NCBI RefSeq assembly: GCF_964204645.1
Contig: NC_134028.1
Coordinates: 6,944,001 to 7,008,000, forward strand
Direction of reading: 5' to 3'
From: Tubulanus polymorphus
Lineage: Eukaryota > Animalia > Nemertea
DNA: 64,000 bases
In this document: positions 11,301 through 60,485 of the stretch, in pieces
How the letters are laid out: each line of letters opens with the position of its first letter
How positions within the stretch are numbered: position 1 is the first letter of the stretch
The notes under the pieces: generated by a model
Databases searched by the model: none
Seen by the model: the letters and a program-made list of their open reading frames with translations, nothing else
What the model was told of the DNA's origin: nothing
Program-made: the position numbers and the translations under genes

Positions 11301-13152
11301 GCTAGTGTTCTCTGGTCGTATTTGTTGTTGTCTATTTTTGTGTTTATTTGGCTTCAGGTACTTCAATCGCAGTCATCTGGTGGTTCACCGCATCTGGTAA
11401 AATCGACTTCCTTTCACCCCAGTCTGTCCGTATTGACTCTCGAAGTCGCTTTCATACAAATATCATATAATACACTCAGAGTCATCTTTATAAAACTTTC
11501 ACTCTTGGAGTCAATGCATAGAAGACTCTCACACTCGACGCAATTTTCGTTTCCTTGAATATCTATCTCTTTAGTCTGTCAAATGCTTAACAGCCTTGCT
11601 TCAATCATTTGAATCACCGTATTTCCTGAAGTAATCATTGATCCGTGGAAATAGAATAAAACTTTACATCTAACACTTCCTAGTAGTAGTTGTTTGATAA
11701 GCATGATTAATAAGCGATTATTAGATAACTGGATCTACTTGAATTCAAAGAGCGAACTTACACACCTAATAGGGAGGATGGATCCAAGTCCTCAAATTTC
11801 ATTTGGAGTAAGAGATAACTTTTTTGCTCTTTGAATTTAGAAAGTTGAAAAGTTTTAAGTTATTAACAGTTTGTATGATTTTTATTTGATAGTTGAATCT
11901 CGAGGTAGATAGTATTCTTTTTTTCATTTTTTATTTTGATATTGATAATACATACTTAACATATGGGTGGGATTTACATGATCAGTTTATTGGTAACCAG
12001 GTATTATATTTCACAAATACTAAACAGGTACTCAAATGTAATTGGCATTATTGTGAGAGGGGGACCAGGGGTGGATCCAAGGGCTGACTTTGAAAAGGAG
12101 CACAAATAAATGAAAAGGGCAAGTTAAGTTTCCATGCAGCCAAAACAAGGGTCTGGAAAATTTGAAATTTCTGTGCATTTTCATATGCTTTCTTGGCACT
12201 TGAGCGACATAAAAGAGAATATAAGCTAAAACTTGAGCTACAGACTGCTGTCTTATTAGCTGTGGATGAAAAAAGTGCCCTGAAAAAAAATTACCATTAT
12301 ATTTTCAAAAGGGCATGGGTGAATTGCTACAGGAGCACATGCTCCTTGTGCTCCCATCTGGATCCGCCCTGGGTACCCAGATAAACTGGATGTATACGTT
12401 CATCAGAATAATGAACTACTGGTGACAGTCTTGTTATATGTCATCAGGTTCAGATCCCTAACAAACAAGGGAGGATAGGGTTTGACACTATCGTTTATAT
12501 GTAGGGGTAGAAGAGGCATGCATTGAAACTTTCTGATTATCTCTGGTTCTGGTACTGGACTATTCTGTAATAGAGAAAAAAGATTGGTGGTAGTTTACAA
12601 TGGCTTTATTGAATTAGACATACTTACTGATCGTAATTGTAAAACACTTCGATTATACTCCAATCTGCTGACATAAACTCTAACGAGTTTATTGAGTTGA
12701 AGTCAGTTAGATTTTCAGGCTTTCTTTGATTTGCTAGTCATTGATTTATACTGTTGCATGCGTATATCGTCAGCCTGGATCGCATATTCGCTTCACATAT
12801 TTTATCATCAAACTGAGATGTTTTTGAACAAAAAATGAACAGCAAATATCGGAGATTTGAACAGTCTATCAACACACTACTAGCTTTTGTCCTAGTGAGT
12901 TGGTGAGGCCAGGCTACAGATTGATACCTGCATGTTACATATTTGTTACAGATCACCTGGGGGGTTTACAGAGGCACATTTCTATCAAGTTAGCGTGTTA
13001 TCGGGGTGTTATGATCGCTTTGAAATAATATATTCTTTCTCTCGGTTTTTTTTTTCTAGGAGAAAATTCGAATCAAATTCAAGCTGACCTATACGTTGGA
13101 CGCCAAAAAAATATCGGATATGGGAGAGGTTGATAATTTTCCCGTGCAATGA
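2339..13152 (+). CDS. GGA: ADP-ribosylation factor-binding protein GGA (VHS-GAT-hinge-GAE), complete, 15 coding exons, 2055 nt / 684 aa
   Basis: join(2339-2384,3080-3240,3523-3621,3734-3892,6075-6149,6251-6331,6537-6753,7565-7672,7962-8200,8609-8717,9109-9274,9667-9893,10043-10206,10561-10671,13060-13152). All introns GT-AG with matching phases. Diagnostic motifs: KATNP, GKFRFLNELIKVISPKYLG, LLKSKNPEDLQAANRLIK, FQAAVPK..RVKLQPPS. Confidence 0.96.
3080..3240 (+). CDS. GGA: GGA exon 2 (VHS)
   Basis: KATNPENVSDDWDSIIEFCDQVNK...SPQEKEALLALT; CAACAG| and |GTAAGT. Confidence 0.95.
3523..3621 (+). CDS. GGA: GGA exon 3 (VHS)
   Basis: VLESCAKNCGKRFHAEIGKFRFLNELIKVISPK. Confidence 0.95.
3734..3892 (+). 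CDS. GGA: GGA exon 4 (VHS end)
   Basis: YLGNSRSDKVKTKCIELMYSW...AYTMLKKQGIVKEDPSHVDK. Confidence 0.95.
6075..6149 (+). CDS. GGA: GGA exon 5
   Basis: TFEDMQADFPPRPKNTIFDDQEKSK. Confidence 0.93.
6251..6331 (+). CDS. GGA: GGA exon 6 (N-GAT, Arf binding)
   Basis: LLARLLKSKNPEDLQAANRLIKNMVKQ. Confidence 0.95.
6537..6753 (+). CDS. GGA: GGA exon 7 (GAT)
   Basis: ESERQEKVTRRITELETVNNNIKLLSEML...LRPNLFRLAADTDEKDDSI. Confidence 0.95.
7565..7672 (+). CDS. GGA: GGA exon 8 (GAT end)
   Basis: EILRTNDEVMTVMNEYKSKV...; phase 1-1. Confidence 0.92.
7962..8200 (+). CDS. GGA: GGA exon 9 (hinge, clathrin box LLDFD)
   Basis: NSSSLLDFDLTGSP...SILDNDLAALGL...; TTTCAG| and |GTATGA. Confidence 0.9.
8609..8717 (+). 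CDS. GGA: GGA exon 10 (hinge)
   Basis: TQAVAAGGGNMASFPVGFNM...; phase 0-1 bridges exons 9 and 11. Confidence 0.82.
9109..9274 (+). CDS. GGA: GGA exon 11 (hinge)
   Basis: ...SAFDELNLLSQSMLQKSLP...; phase 1-2. Confidence 0.87.
9342..9628. mobile_element. MITE with CAG termini and perfect 5-bp TSD
   Basis: ATAAT|CAGGATGGCCACTT ... AAGTGGCCACCCTG|ATAAT; internal GTCAGGGAA repeats; partial relative near 20727-20940. Confidence 0.85.
9667..9893 (+). CDS. GGA: GGA exon 12 (hinge to GAE start)
   Basis: VKIPLNQL...SLADVFVPLDTIKP; phase 2-1. Confidence 0.9.
10043..10206 (+). CDS. GGA: GGA exon 13 (GAE)
   Basis: PLTAYDKNGLKIVIHF...LAFQAAVPK. Confidence 0.95.
10561..10671 (+). CDS. GGA: GGA exon 14 (GAE)
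   Basis: LMRVKLQPPSATDLPVYNPFLPPTAITQVMLLSNPQK. Confidence 0.95.
12066..12371. mobile_element. CAGGGGCGGATCC-type MITE
   Basis: GGGAC|CAGGGGTGGATCCA ... TGGATCCGCCCTG|GGTAC. Confidence 0.75.
13060..13152 (+). CDS. GGA: GGA exon 15 (last coding exon)
   Basis: EKIRIKFKLTYTLDAKKISDMGEVDNFPVQ* after a long poly-T acceptor. Confidence 0.95.
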   Translation, partial: EKIRIKFKLTYTLDAKKISDMGEVDNFPVQ

Positions 13153-13625
13153 TGAACAAATAGCTTCTCCTTACATTCCGAGTAAATGAAAAGCGAATGT
13201 GAACACTTTTAGTGACATTCATCGACACTGTACATAATGTGCTCAGCAGATGTATATGTATATAGATGGATGGACTGCGATTTCTCCAGGCGAGGTGCTC
13301 CGACTTCCCTACTCCGAGAGTACGATATGAATGAAATGTGAATTATTTATGTTTTCTAATGGTGCTATCACTTTAGCTACACATGTATGAATGAGAGACA
13401 GTGAAAGTAGTACCTCGTAACTATAGATTGTAATCTATTCTCGAAACTATTCTGTTTAGACACGGGACCTATATTTACGGAGACCACGATCGATTTCGTT
13501 GATATTTATCATTCATTGCGAGTCCAGAGTCTAGTTCTAGGAATGAATTCGAGTTATGGCTTTCCTGAATAATGGTCGTGTTTGTATGCAGTCATCTAAT
13601 CACTTATTACTCGTCAATTCTTTAA

Positions 13626-13916
13626 CTCTCTCAGTGTGTCTACACTGCATGGCGATGTATAAATCGGTGATGGATTTTGTTAGTACACCGCATCGCGGTG
13701 TATTGATATTAATAGTTTTTATGTGTATTGAAAGATGGCAATGCCGGTCAAACATTATGAAATATTATTGACAAGTGATACATTGCACTGGGGTGTAGAC
13801 ACACTATAGCAATATGCCCGTTATACAACGCACCTAGGTGAAATTTCTTCGAAATTTTCAAATCATCTACAACACTTCAGGGTATACCCGGAATTCATTA
13901 GTCGGCACTGAAAGGG
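13626..13916 (-). mobile_element. piggyBac-like MITE downstream of the GGA stop (probable 3'UTR)
   Basis: TTAA|CTCTCTCAG ... CTGAAAGGG|TTGA; homologous in reverse orientation to 43501-43772 and 44262-44511. Confidence 0.75.
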
Positions 13917-14646
13917 TTGAAATAATAATGAACTGCACTCTATCCCAATATTTGTAAGCCCCTTTTTTTCATGTCTAAGATTAATTTTGTTTCGACTTAA
14001 CTGAAATAAGGGTCTCTTTGTGCACTGTGGACCTACGTAATCCGTATATTTCGGGCCGATGAATTTTATACAGTTTAAATCTTTCATATTCTATGACAAT
14101 TTGAACACTATTAAAATTGGAGTCGATTCGATTAAAATGAGGATTAAGTAGGTTTTTTTTATGCATTTTGATAGATTAAATCATTAATGGAATAAAAATG
14201 CATTGTCATCAATATGAAATTATAGTTCCCTCTCTAACAGATGAAATTAGAATTAAATGATTTGTTCATGGTTTGGTGAACTTGAATAGATAAGATGATT
14301 AGGGTTAACTCTACAAGCTAGTTTGTAGATGACGGCTAAAGAGCAAGCTGTTATTTTATTTTCATTCCGCTTGATTCTTTGTTTTTTCTATTGAGTCGAA
14401 ATATTTCGTTAGCTTTTACAAATGTAGCATTTGGACATGATATGACTCTGGATAATGATGCTATAATAATGTAATATGTAATATTATTAAGATTTTCTAT
14501 GCTAGTTGGAATATGTTGGGATTTTGAGTAATAGTGAATGGAAGGCACTGTGAATAATTGATCACATATAAGTCAATTGTATATTGCTGCAGTGTGTATG
14601 ATGATCTGGCTATCGGATCTGATTGTCAATGATTCCTTTCAGGATG

Positions 14647-14911
14647 CAGTGGCGCGGCGGATACAGGTGTTAATGTCCGTTGGGGTCCTTCCTAAAATAT
14701 TAAGGTCCCTTGAGAATTTAATCTCCAAAAATTTCGAAATTGAATATTTTTCGGAATAAATGAATCTTGAACAATTGAAAATTGAAATAACAGAATGCTC
14801 TAATAGTGTGTACCGGGTATGTATTTGTGAGCAATTGCGGTGAAGCTCGAAAAAGGCCCTAAATTTCTTAAAGTTGACACCTGCCTTCCATTTACCCTGG
14901 ATCCGCCCCTG
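14647..14911. mobile_element. CAGGGGCGGATCC-type MITE
   Basis: GGATG|CAGTGGCG..GGATACAGG ... CCTGGATCCGCCCCTG|TGATG. Confidence 0.7.
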
Positions 14912-15239
14912 TGATGATCTTTATATTATCTTGACGGTATCCTGTTTCACCGAGTTCTGAGTTGAAATCGTGAAATTAATTTCAACTCCTCAAGTTGTGG
15001 AACTGGGTCCTGTTTAAATTGAATTTCCATTCACATTAAAATTATATATTTCCCTAAATAATCTTGTAATTGGGTATTGCAAATAAATGAATAGATAATT
15101 TGTTTTATTGTATTTTGGTTATTTTTAGTTTCGTTTCTTTATTTCAATGGAAACTTGTGTTTGTGGTCGCAGTCCTGATTAAGTGACCCCGCAAGGACCC
15201 GAAAAAACTTGACTTTCTCCAGCATTTGCTGCCACCTGT

Positions 15240-15495
15240 GTTTGTTCCGAGCAACCAATCGGGCGCCTCGTTATATACAACTTTCGGAAACTCCATTAAG
15301 TCGAATTACTTCCGGGTAGAGAATTTCAGGAAGTGTTTTAGTAGTGTTTTTGCATGTTTCCCGTCAAAATTCGCACTCGATCGAATATTCGCGGTATATA
15401 TACACGAAAATCTAATGTTCATTTACGATGCTGTAAATTGGAAAACCGTTGACAGGACGCGTGGAACATGGATTTATTATTATTAATTAAACTGA
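15240..15495 (+). promoter_or_regulatory. Candidate promoter plus non-coding first exon
   Basis: CCAAT near 15255, ETS sites ACTTCCGGGT and CAGGAAGTG, locally CpG-rich, strong donor |GTAAGT at 15496. Confidence 0.5.
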
Positions 15496-17248
15496 GTAAG
15501 TAGTGAAGTTTTTCAATTCTTGACTGTCAAATTTGAAATTGTCAATTGAAATGTCATGATGATTATTCATTAGAGACGTACATTTAAGTTGTCTCTCTTC
15601 AAGATCTAAAATCAAGCCCTTCAGCAATCCTTCAATACAGTAGTGTAAAATGAATTAAGAATTGATGGTTTCCTGCCTGGTCGCAGTTGTAGTAAACAAG
15701 TAATTTTCAAAAAAATATTTTAAAAAATATGAAATAGTAGATGGAAGTTTTCTGCAATTACCTACCTTAGCATATGTAAGATTATTGGGATGCCGAGTAG
15801 CCTAGGCTACTGTATTATGGCTAATCTTGTTAGCTGCTATAGTGTGTGCAGAGCTATTTTTGATTAAGTTTTGAATGCCTCCTGCTTCATTAGAAAATGA
15901 ATTATTCATTGATTATCATTTGATATGATATCTCTGTCTTATAATCTTAATGATCATCTAATATAATATCTCAGTCTGTAGGAGGCAAAAATTTTCTCAG
16001 GCAGACTCCAGCCCGCACTCATTTTCTCAGGGCTTGGTGGGGGTTACCATGGGCAGGATCCAGGATTTCCGAAGGGAAGCTGTTTAGAGTCTGAACTGCG
16101 AGCATTAAAGAAAAAAGGAAATTTTCCTAAATGGATGCTCTAGCCCCTGAAGTATCCTGGATCTGCGCCCTGGTCCCCAGACCCTACAGGGTGGAAATGA
16201 AGTGCTCCATTGATCTTGGGGGTCTACTGAATAGATTCAGTCTACATGATCATAGTAAAGGGTTTCGTTTATGAAGATGATTTGACTGTTTTTAGCCTAC
16301 AAGTTGTAAAAGGCTGGCAACAGAAAGGTAGAAACATAGATCTTAGATTTGAAGAGGAAGCCTATTTTCTAAGTAGCTGGATAGTAGCCTGCCTAGTTGT
16401 AGCCTAGTCACTGAAGCATAAATTTTCAAAGAGAAGTACCAAGAAAAATATGAGAGCTACAATTGTTCAATTGTTACTCAAATAATCAAACCCAACCTTA
16501 GAAGCTCTAAGAACACGCATCCGCCTGGTAAGCAGGGTTTAATAGAATATATCGTCAAAGGGAATAAAGTTCTCTCTCTCCTAACCACAGCGTCCGGATA
16601 TTAATTACGCAAGTCATATCTTCATATCTTTCTCTCGAAGAGAAATATCTGGTTTGAAGGCTCAGTATAAAAGATTTTCCTCTATTGGCAGCTGTACAAT
16701 GTGTACGTTTACTATTATCTATAGGGATTTCGATTACCAGACTCGGTTTCAACCTCGGAATTTCAAATCATAATTGTTTATATCTCTCTACATACTTCAG
16801 TGAAGCGCATGAGCAACTCTTGTTAAAGTGCTTCGCTAATACATGATGATAGTTGCTCTGTACTCGTAGTAGGCCTATATATATTCCAACAAGTAAATAA
16901 GCCCGTAGAAAATTATACAATATCGAAATCTTAAATTAGATTGTTAGCATGTTTTTGTATATTTGCTCGGAAATGTATTCTGCCTATTCCAACAAGTGAA
17001 ACCGTAGAAAATTATAAAATGTCAAAATTTTGAAATTAGATTTTTGCTATTTTTTTTATATTTGTTTGGATGTATTCCGTAGATTGGCAACGAGAATATT
17101 TTTCATATTTGGAGAATAGACTCATTTAAAAACCTCGATTGTACCTGATTAAACTAATTTTTCTCCGCCCTAGTTCATTTAGATTAGTGTCGCAAGAATC
17201 ATTTGCATTTTGATAGTTTTGATGCTGTTTCATTCCTACTCGACTCGA

Positions 17249-17965
17249 AACGAAAGTGGCTTTCATGCTAGATTCCGGGCTAAGGAAGTATCTTCAGGAA
17301 GTACTACGTTATGAAAGTGATGCAGACCGCGCTTCCTCGAAATTTGAAATGTTCTCGTTTGAAACTCCTTATATCCAGGAATGACTGATCCGTGGGAACC
17401 TTGATTTATCGTATTTTTTGAAGATCATCTTTGTTGGACAGAGGCTTTGATGCGAGATTCTGAACTAAGGAAGTATCTCGAGGGAGTACTTTGATATGAA
17501 AGCGTTCCAAACACTTTCGTTGAAATTTGAAATGTTCTCGTTTGAAACTCCTTATTTCCAGGAATGACTGATCTGTAGGAACCTCGACTTATTGCATTTT
17601 TGGAAGATTTGTCATCTATGTTGGACAGAGGCTTTGATAACGAAAGTGGCTTTGATACGAGATTCTGGGCTAAGGAAGTATCTTGAGGAAGTACGTTGAC
17701 ATAGAAGTGATGCAGACGCTTCCTATGACTGATCTGTAGGGACCTTGATTTATCGGGATCGTATTTTTGGAAGATTTGTCATCTATGTTGGACAGAGGCT
17801 TTGATAACGAAAGTGGCTTTGATACGAGATTCCGGGCTAAGAAAGTATCTTGAGGAAGTACGTTGACATGAAAGTGAGCAGACGCTTCCTATGACTGATC
17901 TGTAGGGACCGTGATTTATCGGGATCGTATTTTGGAAGATTTGTCATCGATTTTGGACGGAGGCT
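17249..17965. repeat. Tandem repeat, about 4 units of 170-195 bp
   Basis: Recurrent GAGATTCCGGGCTAAGGAAGTATCT and ATGACTGATCTGTAGG. Confidence 0.85.
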
Positions 17966-18119
17966 GGTGTCCTTTGGTATAACCTCTGATATTTCGCTTG
18001 TCTCCTCCGTGAACTGACATTTCGTAGATAATCAATGTCTTTTAAACGAAGAAATGACGCGGCTACGAAAGTTCGTGCCGTCGTGAAATTCAAGCCGCGA
18101 TATATACTTATGTTCCGAG

Positions 18120-18502
18120 GCTCGTAACCTCTCTCTACGACGTCCCCGCTCGCCTCTCCCTCCCTCCCGCCTCTCCCTCCCTCCCTCTCTCCGTCATCGT
18201 TTACACGTTACCATGACGACTGTGGATCTTTTATCGGATCATCCAGCTACTGTCGCGTGTTGTGATAAGTTTTGAATTAAACGGCTGAAACAGCGCTGCT
18301 GCTGCTGCTGCGCGGTGGTGGCAACAGAACGCTGTCTCCGGTGACGCGTGTTCGCAAGCGAGCGAGAGAGAGAGCTGTCTGGATCTGGAATATAACCGGC
18401 GACGCTTTAACTAGTTATATTTAGTTACACGACGACGAATCTTTATAGTGTGACATGAGATAGAGACTTTCAGTGACAGTGATGATCGCGGCAACAAAAC
18501 AG
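18120..18502 (+). promoter_or_regulatory. Candidate proximal PDE promoter / 5'UTR exon
   Basis: CpG-rich patch with CT-rich tract, (GCT)n and (GA)n, ending at a possible donor CAG|GTTTTT, 1.2 kb upstream of the acceptor at 19735. Confidence 0.4.
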
Positions 18503-18828
18503 GTTTTTTCTTACTTTTCGAATAATTTAGTCGTTATTTTTGTCTTGTCTTTTTTTAATGAACGATCGTTTCTAATGAATCAATTAGATAAGAAAAAAAT
18601 GATACAAAACAGAAATATTTTTTCGATCGCTTTAGTAGTAGATTTTTCATTTTTCAGTAGATGCCTGACATTTTTCTAACGATATCCGTGTTCTTGTTAA
18701 AACTAAAACCTATTTTTTTACTAACTTATGATAACAATTTTTCAGTTCATATTGTGTTTGCTCATGATTAGGAGGTACTACGTCGAAATGTTTAGTCTTT
18801 AAATGAACTTTTGGATACAGTTATCGCC

Positions 18829-19148
18829 TGTTCTAAATTTTTGAACGAAAATTTGTTCTCTTCAGCTTGCCGGGTTAACTTTTCAGCTTAGCAGAAAGAA
18901 GAAACAACATATCGATTTTCTTAAAGCCTTATGCCTTTTGGCAATCTATTGGCAGAATGAAAACGTCTTTTCGAATGGAAACGATTGTTTCTAAATTTTT
19001 GAACAAAAATTTGTTCTCTTCAGCTGGCCGGGTTAACTTTTCAGCTTAGCAGAAAAAAGAAACAACACATCGATTTTCTTAAAGCCTTATTCCTTTTGGC
19101 AATCTATTGGCAGAATGAACGACTTTTCAAATGGAAAACGATTGTTTC
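18829..19148. repeat. Tandem duplication, about 158 bp x2
   Basis: TTCTAAATTTTTGAAC..GCCGGGTTAACTTTTCAGCTTAGCAG occurs twice. Confidence 0.85.
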
Positions 19149-19838
19149 AGTTTTAAACATTTGATGGCTTAAACGACGTGTGTGAAAACATGCGGCCTCC
19201 ATGGTTTGAAAATTACGCATTTTGAGCAATTTTTCAACCAGTCGGACCTGCTCAATCGGGATATTGATCTAAACATCCACCTATACGATTTGAATGGATG
19301 GCGTTTCATCAAGATTTCTCATAAACGGGATTAATTTCATTACTTCAAAATGATTCCGATTAAATAGGCTTTCACCGTAGATGGGCCTATATGTTGTACA
19401 GTAAACCTCGACTTAATCGGGAACGCATGACTTATGACTAACTTGGACAAAAAACCAAATCATTTTTCTGACTTCGTAACATGTTTTCCTGTCCGAAACT
19501 CAGACTCCGCTTGCCTTAGACCAATGTTGCTGGTCCCAGTTTGTCTGTTTTTGAGTTAGGCGAGGTTTCCATTTGCCGTACACATTTTACCAGTAAGAAT
19601 GTAAATCAAAACGGAATTAGATGTTCAAGTTCGATAGACATAAATTTTTTGAAGGTTTCACAGTAAAATAGATCTTTATTGTCTTGTCTAGTGTTCGCTA
19701 ATGATATGATACGATTATGTTTCTATCTTTACAGAGTGATATACCCGCTTCAAGCTGGATCCGCGTCGGGAGCCCAGGCGATCTCCGCGATTGTCTGTAA
19801 ATCGGAAACTAGCGTGGGCGTTCGGACCGCCGGTCGAC

Positions 19839-57736
<37,898 letters not shown>

Positions 57737-58207
57737 GTGAGAGATAATTCACACGTGTGGCGGCATCAAACCCTATCCCTTTAAATGTATTGATTTAAAC
57801 GAGGACGAAATGTCGTCGCAAAATGGGAAATTTAAGACCAGCAGACGTTCGAAGTACGCTTAACCTCGCCTAATTCGGACGAACTGGAACCGGCAAAATA
57901 TGTCTTAGGTATGCAAAGTTAAGGATAGGAAACTACGTTAGGAAGTTGAGAAACATGATTTAATTTTAGTCCAGGTTTGAGTCGGACATGTTCGAGTTAG
58001 GCAAGGTTTATTGCAGCACCTACAGACTCCGGTTTGACTAGGGTACAGTAACCGTCATTAAAAAAGAACGGGTTTTTCGAAAGGTGTAAAAGGAACTTGA
58101 ATTCAGCTATAATCGATAGACTCTGGATTTTGACCGGGGTGTAAAAGCGGCAAAGCTGACAGGACCGATTCCTAAAACTACTGCTGCCTTAGATAGTGAT
58201 ATCTATA

Positions 58208-58529
58208 AGCCGCGATCGCACAGAGACGATTTGGTCCAAGTCAAATTGCCCTGGATCAGACCTGAGTCAAATTCGACCCATGCCTAATTAGAAGGCTGTT
58301 CACACGTAAACCACTCACTAAACAATGCTTCAGCAAAGTAAGTCGAGTCACTTCCCGAACTAGTAAACATTCACACGCAATTTTTTAACCAATTTTAGCA
58401 TTTGGCACGGGCCTGGTCCGACGTGTTTGGTTGGCACGGGTCAAACAAGCACGGGTCCATTTGGCATTCTTGTGAACAGTTGGCCCGGGCTTCATTAGGT
58501 GCAAGCCAAAACACTCGTGCGACCGCGGT
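58208..58529. mobile_element. Harbinger-like MITE copy
   Basis: AGCCGCGATCGCAC ... GTGCGACCGCGGT. Confidence 0.8.
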
Positions 58530-60283
58530 AGTATAGACCAAAAGGCTTGACTGGATATGGAACTGCTCATCTGAAACAGTGTAAAACATCATACTTCTAT
58601 CATTGGACCGTCCCCCATAGCCTCTGAGAACCTTCGGAACTAGGATCATGCTGTAATCAATCATTATAGCTGTTGACTGTAAATACTGTGTATATATATT
58701 GATGCGATGTACAGTTTCTGGTCGGTTAGTTTTAGAGTCATCGAGTCGTCAGATTACAGTAAACGGTTGACTCGGTTCACAGGAGACATCATTATCGCGT
58801 TAGTATCAAAGATGTGCTACATGTCGTGCGACATCTTGTTAAATTATCGTTAATGTTCGACTTACACGTGTCTTCCTACACGTTTTCGTGATTTTAATCG
58901 TGCGGAAAAGATAGCAGCGCATCTGATCCAGTGATTAAGAATTGGTGGCCCAAAACGTCATAGGTCTAGTTGTACAGTAAATGAGAAGTGAAGGCCTGAA
59001 GCCTTTTAGGGGGTTTGAGAGCACTCTCCCAAGAAAATCTGAAAAAATTGACCATATTCTGAGGATCTAAAGTCTAAAACAAAATTAACATATATTGATG
59101 TTATCTTGGCAGAAAACAGGATAGGGGTTTGGGCTCCCTCTGCCAACTGCCAATAACTCAAAGTGATGCTGTGAAATACAAATAGTGCACATTATTGTCG
59201 CCCAACCTCTCCATCCTGACCTGGGCCAAAAATAGATCTTAAGTCTGGCGTACGCCTTAACCATTTTCATGTATCTGAATACAATCGCTGTGATCTTTAT
59301 GCTCGCGTTGAAAGCTGATTTCATTGCGTCTGAGAGATCAAACACACGTTTCATATTTAGAATCTTTACTACGCATGTGGTCTCCGAGGATGGGCCTGTG
59401 GGCCCGTTACGAGAAAAAATTAATCCGAAATTTTCTAATGACGATCCAAACTTAGTCGATGGTTTACAAAAGCTTTAACGGCTTTCGTGGTGACTGAAAA
59501 ATTGTCCCAGATTCCGTTGTTTCTAGAAGCGCGTGTTTAAATAGTGATCACACCGATAACTGAGTCTATATTTGCCGAACGCTTGTCCGACTCTTGTTCC
59601 CGACCACGAAATGATTTGATTATCGGTGCCCGCCACTAACCGGCTAGGATCGATTAACGAAGGCGACTGCGGTTAGCGGATGAGCGATCAATCGGCGACG
59701 AACTGAGCTGAAAATTGACGCCACCGAAACAGATAATTGCTTACTTAACGGAGACATTAAATTATATGGCGGGCTACCGAAGGGCAAACAAGCTGCAGGT
59801 GGCTGAATCATAATATTTGATACACGATATGTGATTTAGTACCTTAGGCCCTGATGATTTGGTTATACAATCTCACGGCTGAAATACACGGACCGATTCG
59901 TTTATATTCAATTCGTCATAAGTTGAACGATTGAGTTACGCGGTCAAATTTGACGCGGTTAGAATTACTTCATCTACAATTTGCCGTAAATCAACCTAAT
60001 ATGTAAGATTAGTAACTGTAACCATAATGTCCATAAGGAAGAATTTGACTCCGTAGTCGAAATTACTTTAGTTCATCTTCAATTTGCCTGGAGTTAAAGA
60101 TTCAAATTCAGATTAAATGAATCGGTTCCGCGGCTTAGTACTTCGGCCTAAGTAAGTTAATCTTACGGGTAAATGTGAAATGGTTTTAGAATCGAAATTG
60201 ATTTAATTTTTATAAAGAAGTTAGATTATTGGACATTGTTATACAAAGGAACGATATAATGTTGAAAAATGAATAAACTGGGT

Positions 60284-60485
60284 GGGTCAGTCCCCCTGAA
60301 GAGACTGGGTCAGTCCCCCAGAAGAGACGAGGTCAGTCCCCCTGCAGAGACTGGGTCAGTTCCTCAGAAGAGACGAGGTCAGTCTCCCTGCAGAGACTGG
60401 GTCAGTTTCCCAGAAGAGACGAGGTCAGTCCCCCTGCAGAGACTGGGTCAGTCCCCCAGAAGTAACTTGGTCGGTCCCCCAGAAG
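60284..60485. repeat. 23-bp minisatellite with a 46-bp higher-order unit
   Basis: Alternating GAAGAGACGAGGTCAGTCCCCCT / GCAGAGACTGGGTCAGTYCCYCA. Confidence 0.9.

Noticed and set aside
10700-11640. Balanced-composition stretch in GGA intron 14 that might be a decayed coding relic on the minus strand
   Set aside because: The frames I read are interrupted by stops and show no recognisable domain; TBLASTX would be needed.
60284-60485. Regular short repeats resembling a CRISPR array (also 23715-23784, 30680-31560, 38171-38480)
   Set aside because: Head-to-tail units without unique spacers, no cas genes, eukaryotic context: minisatellites.
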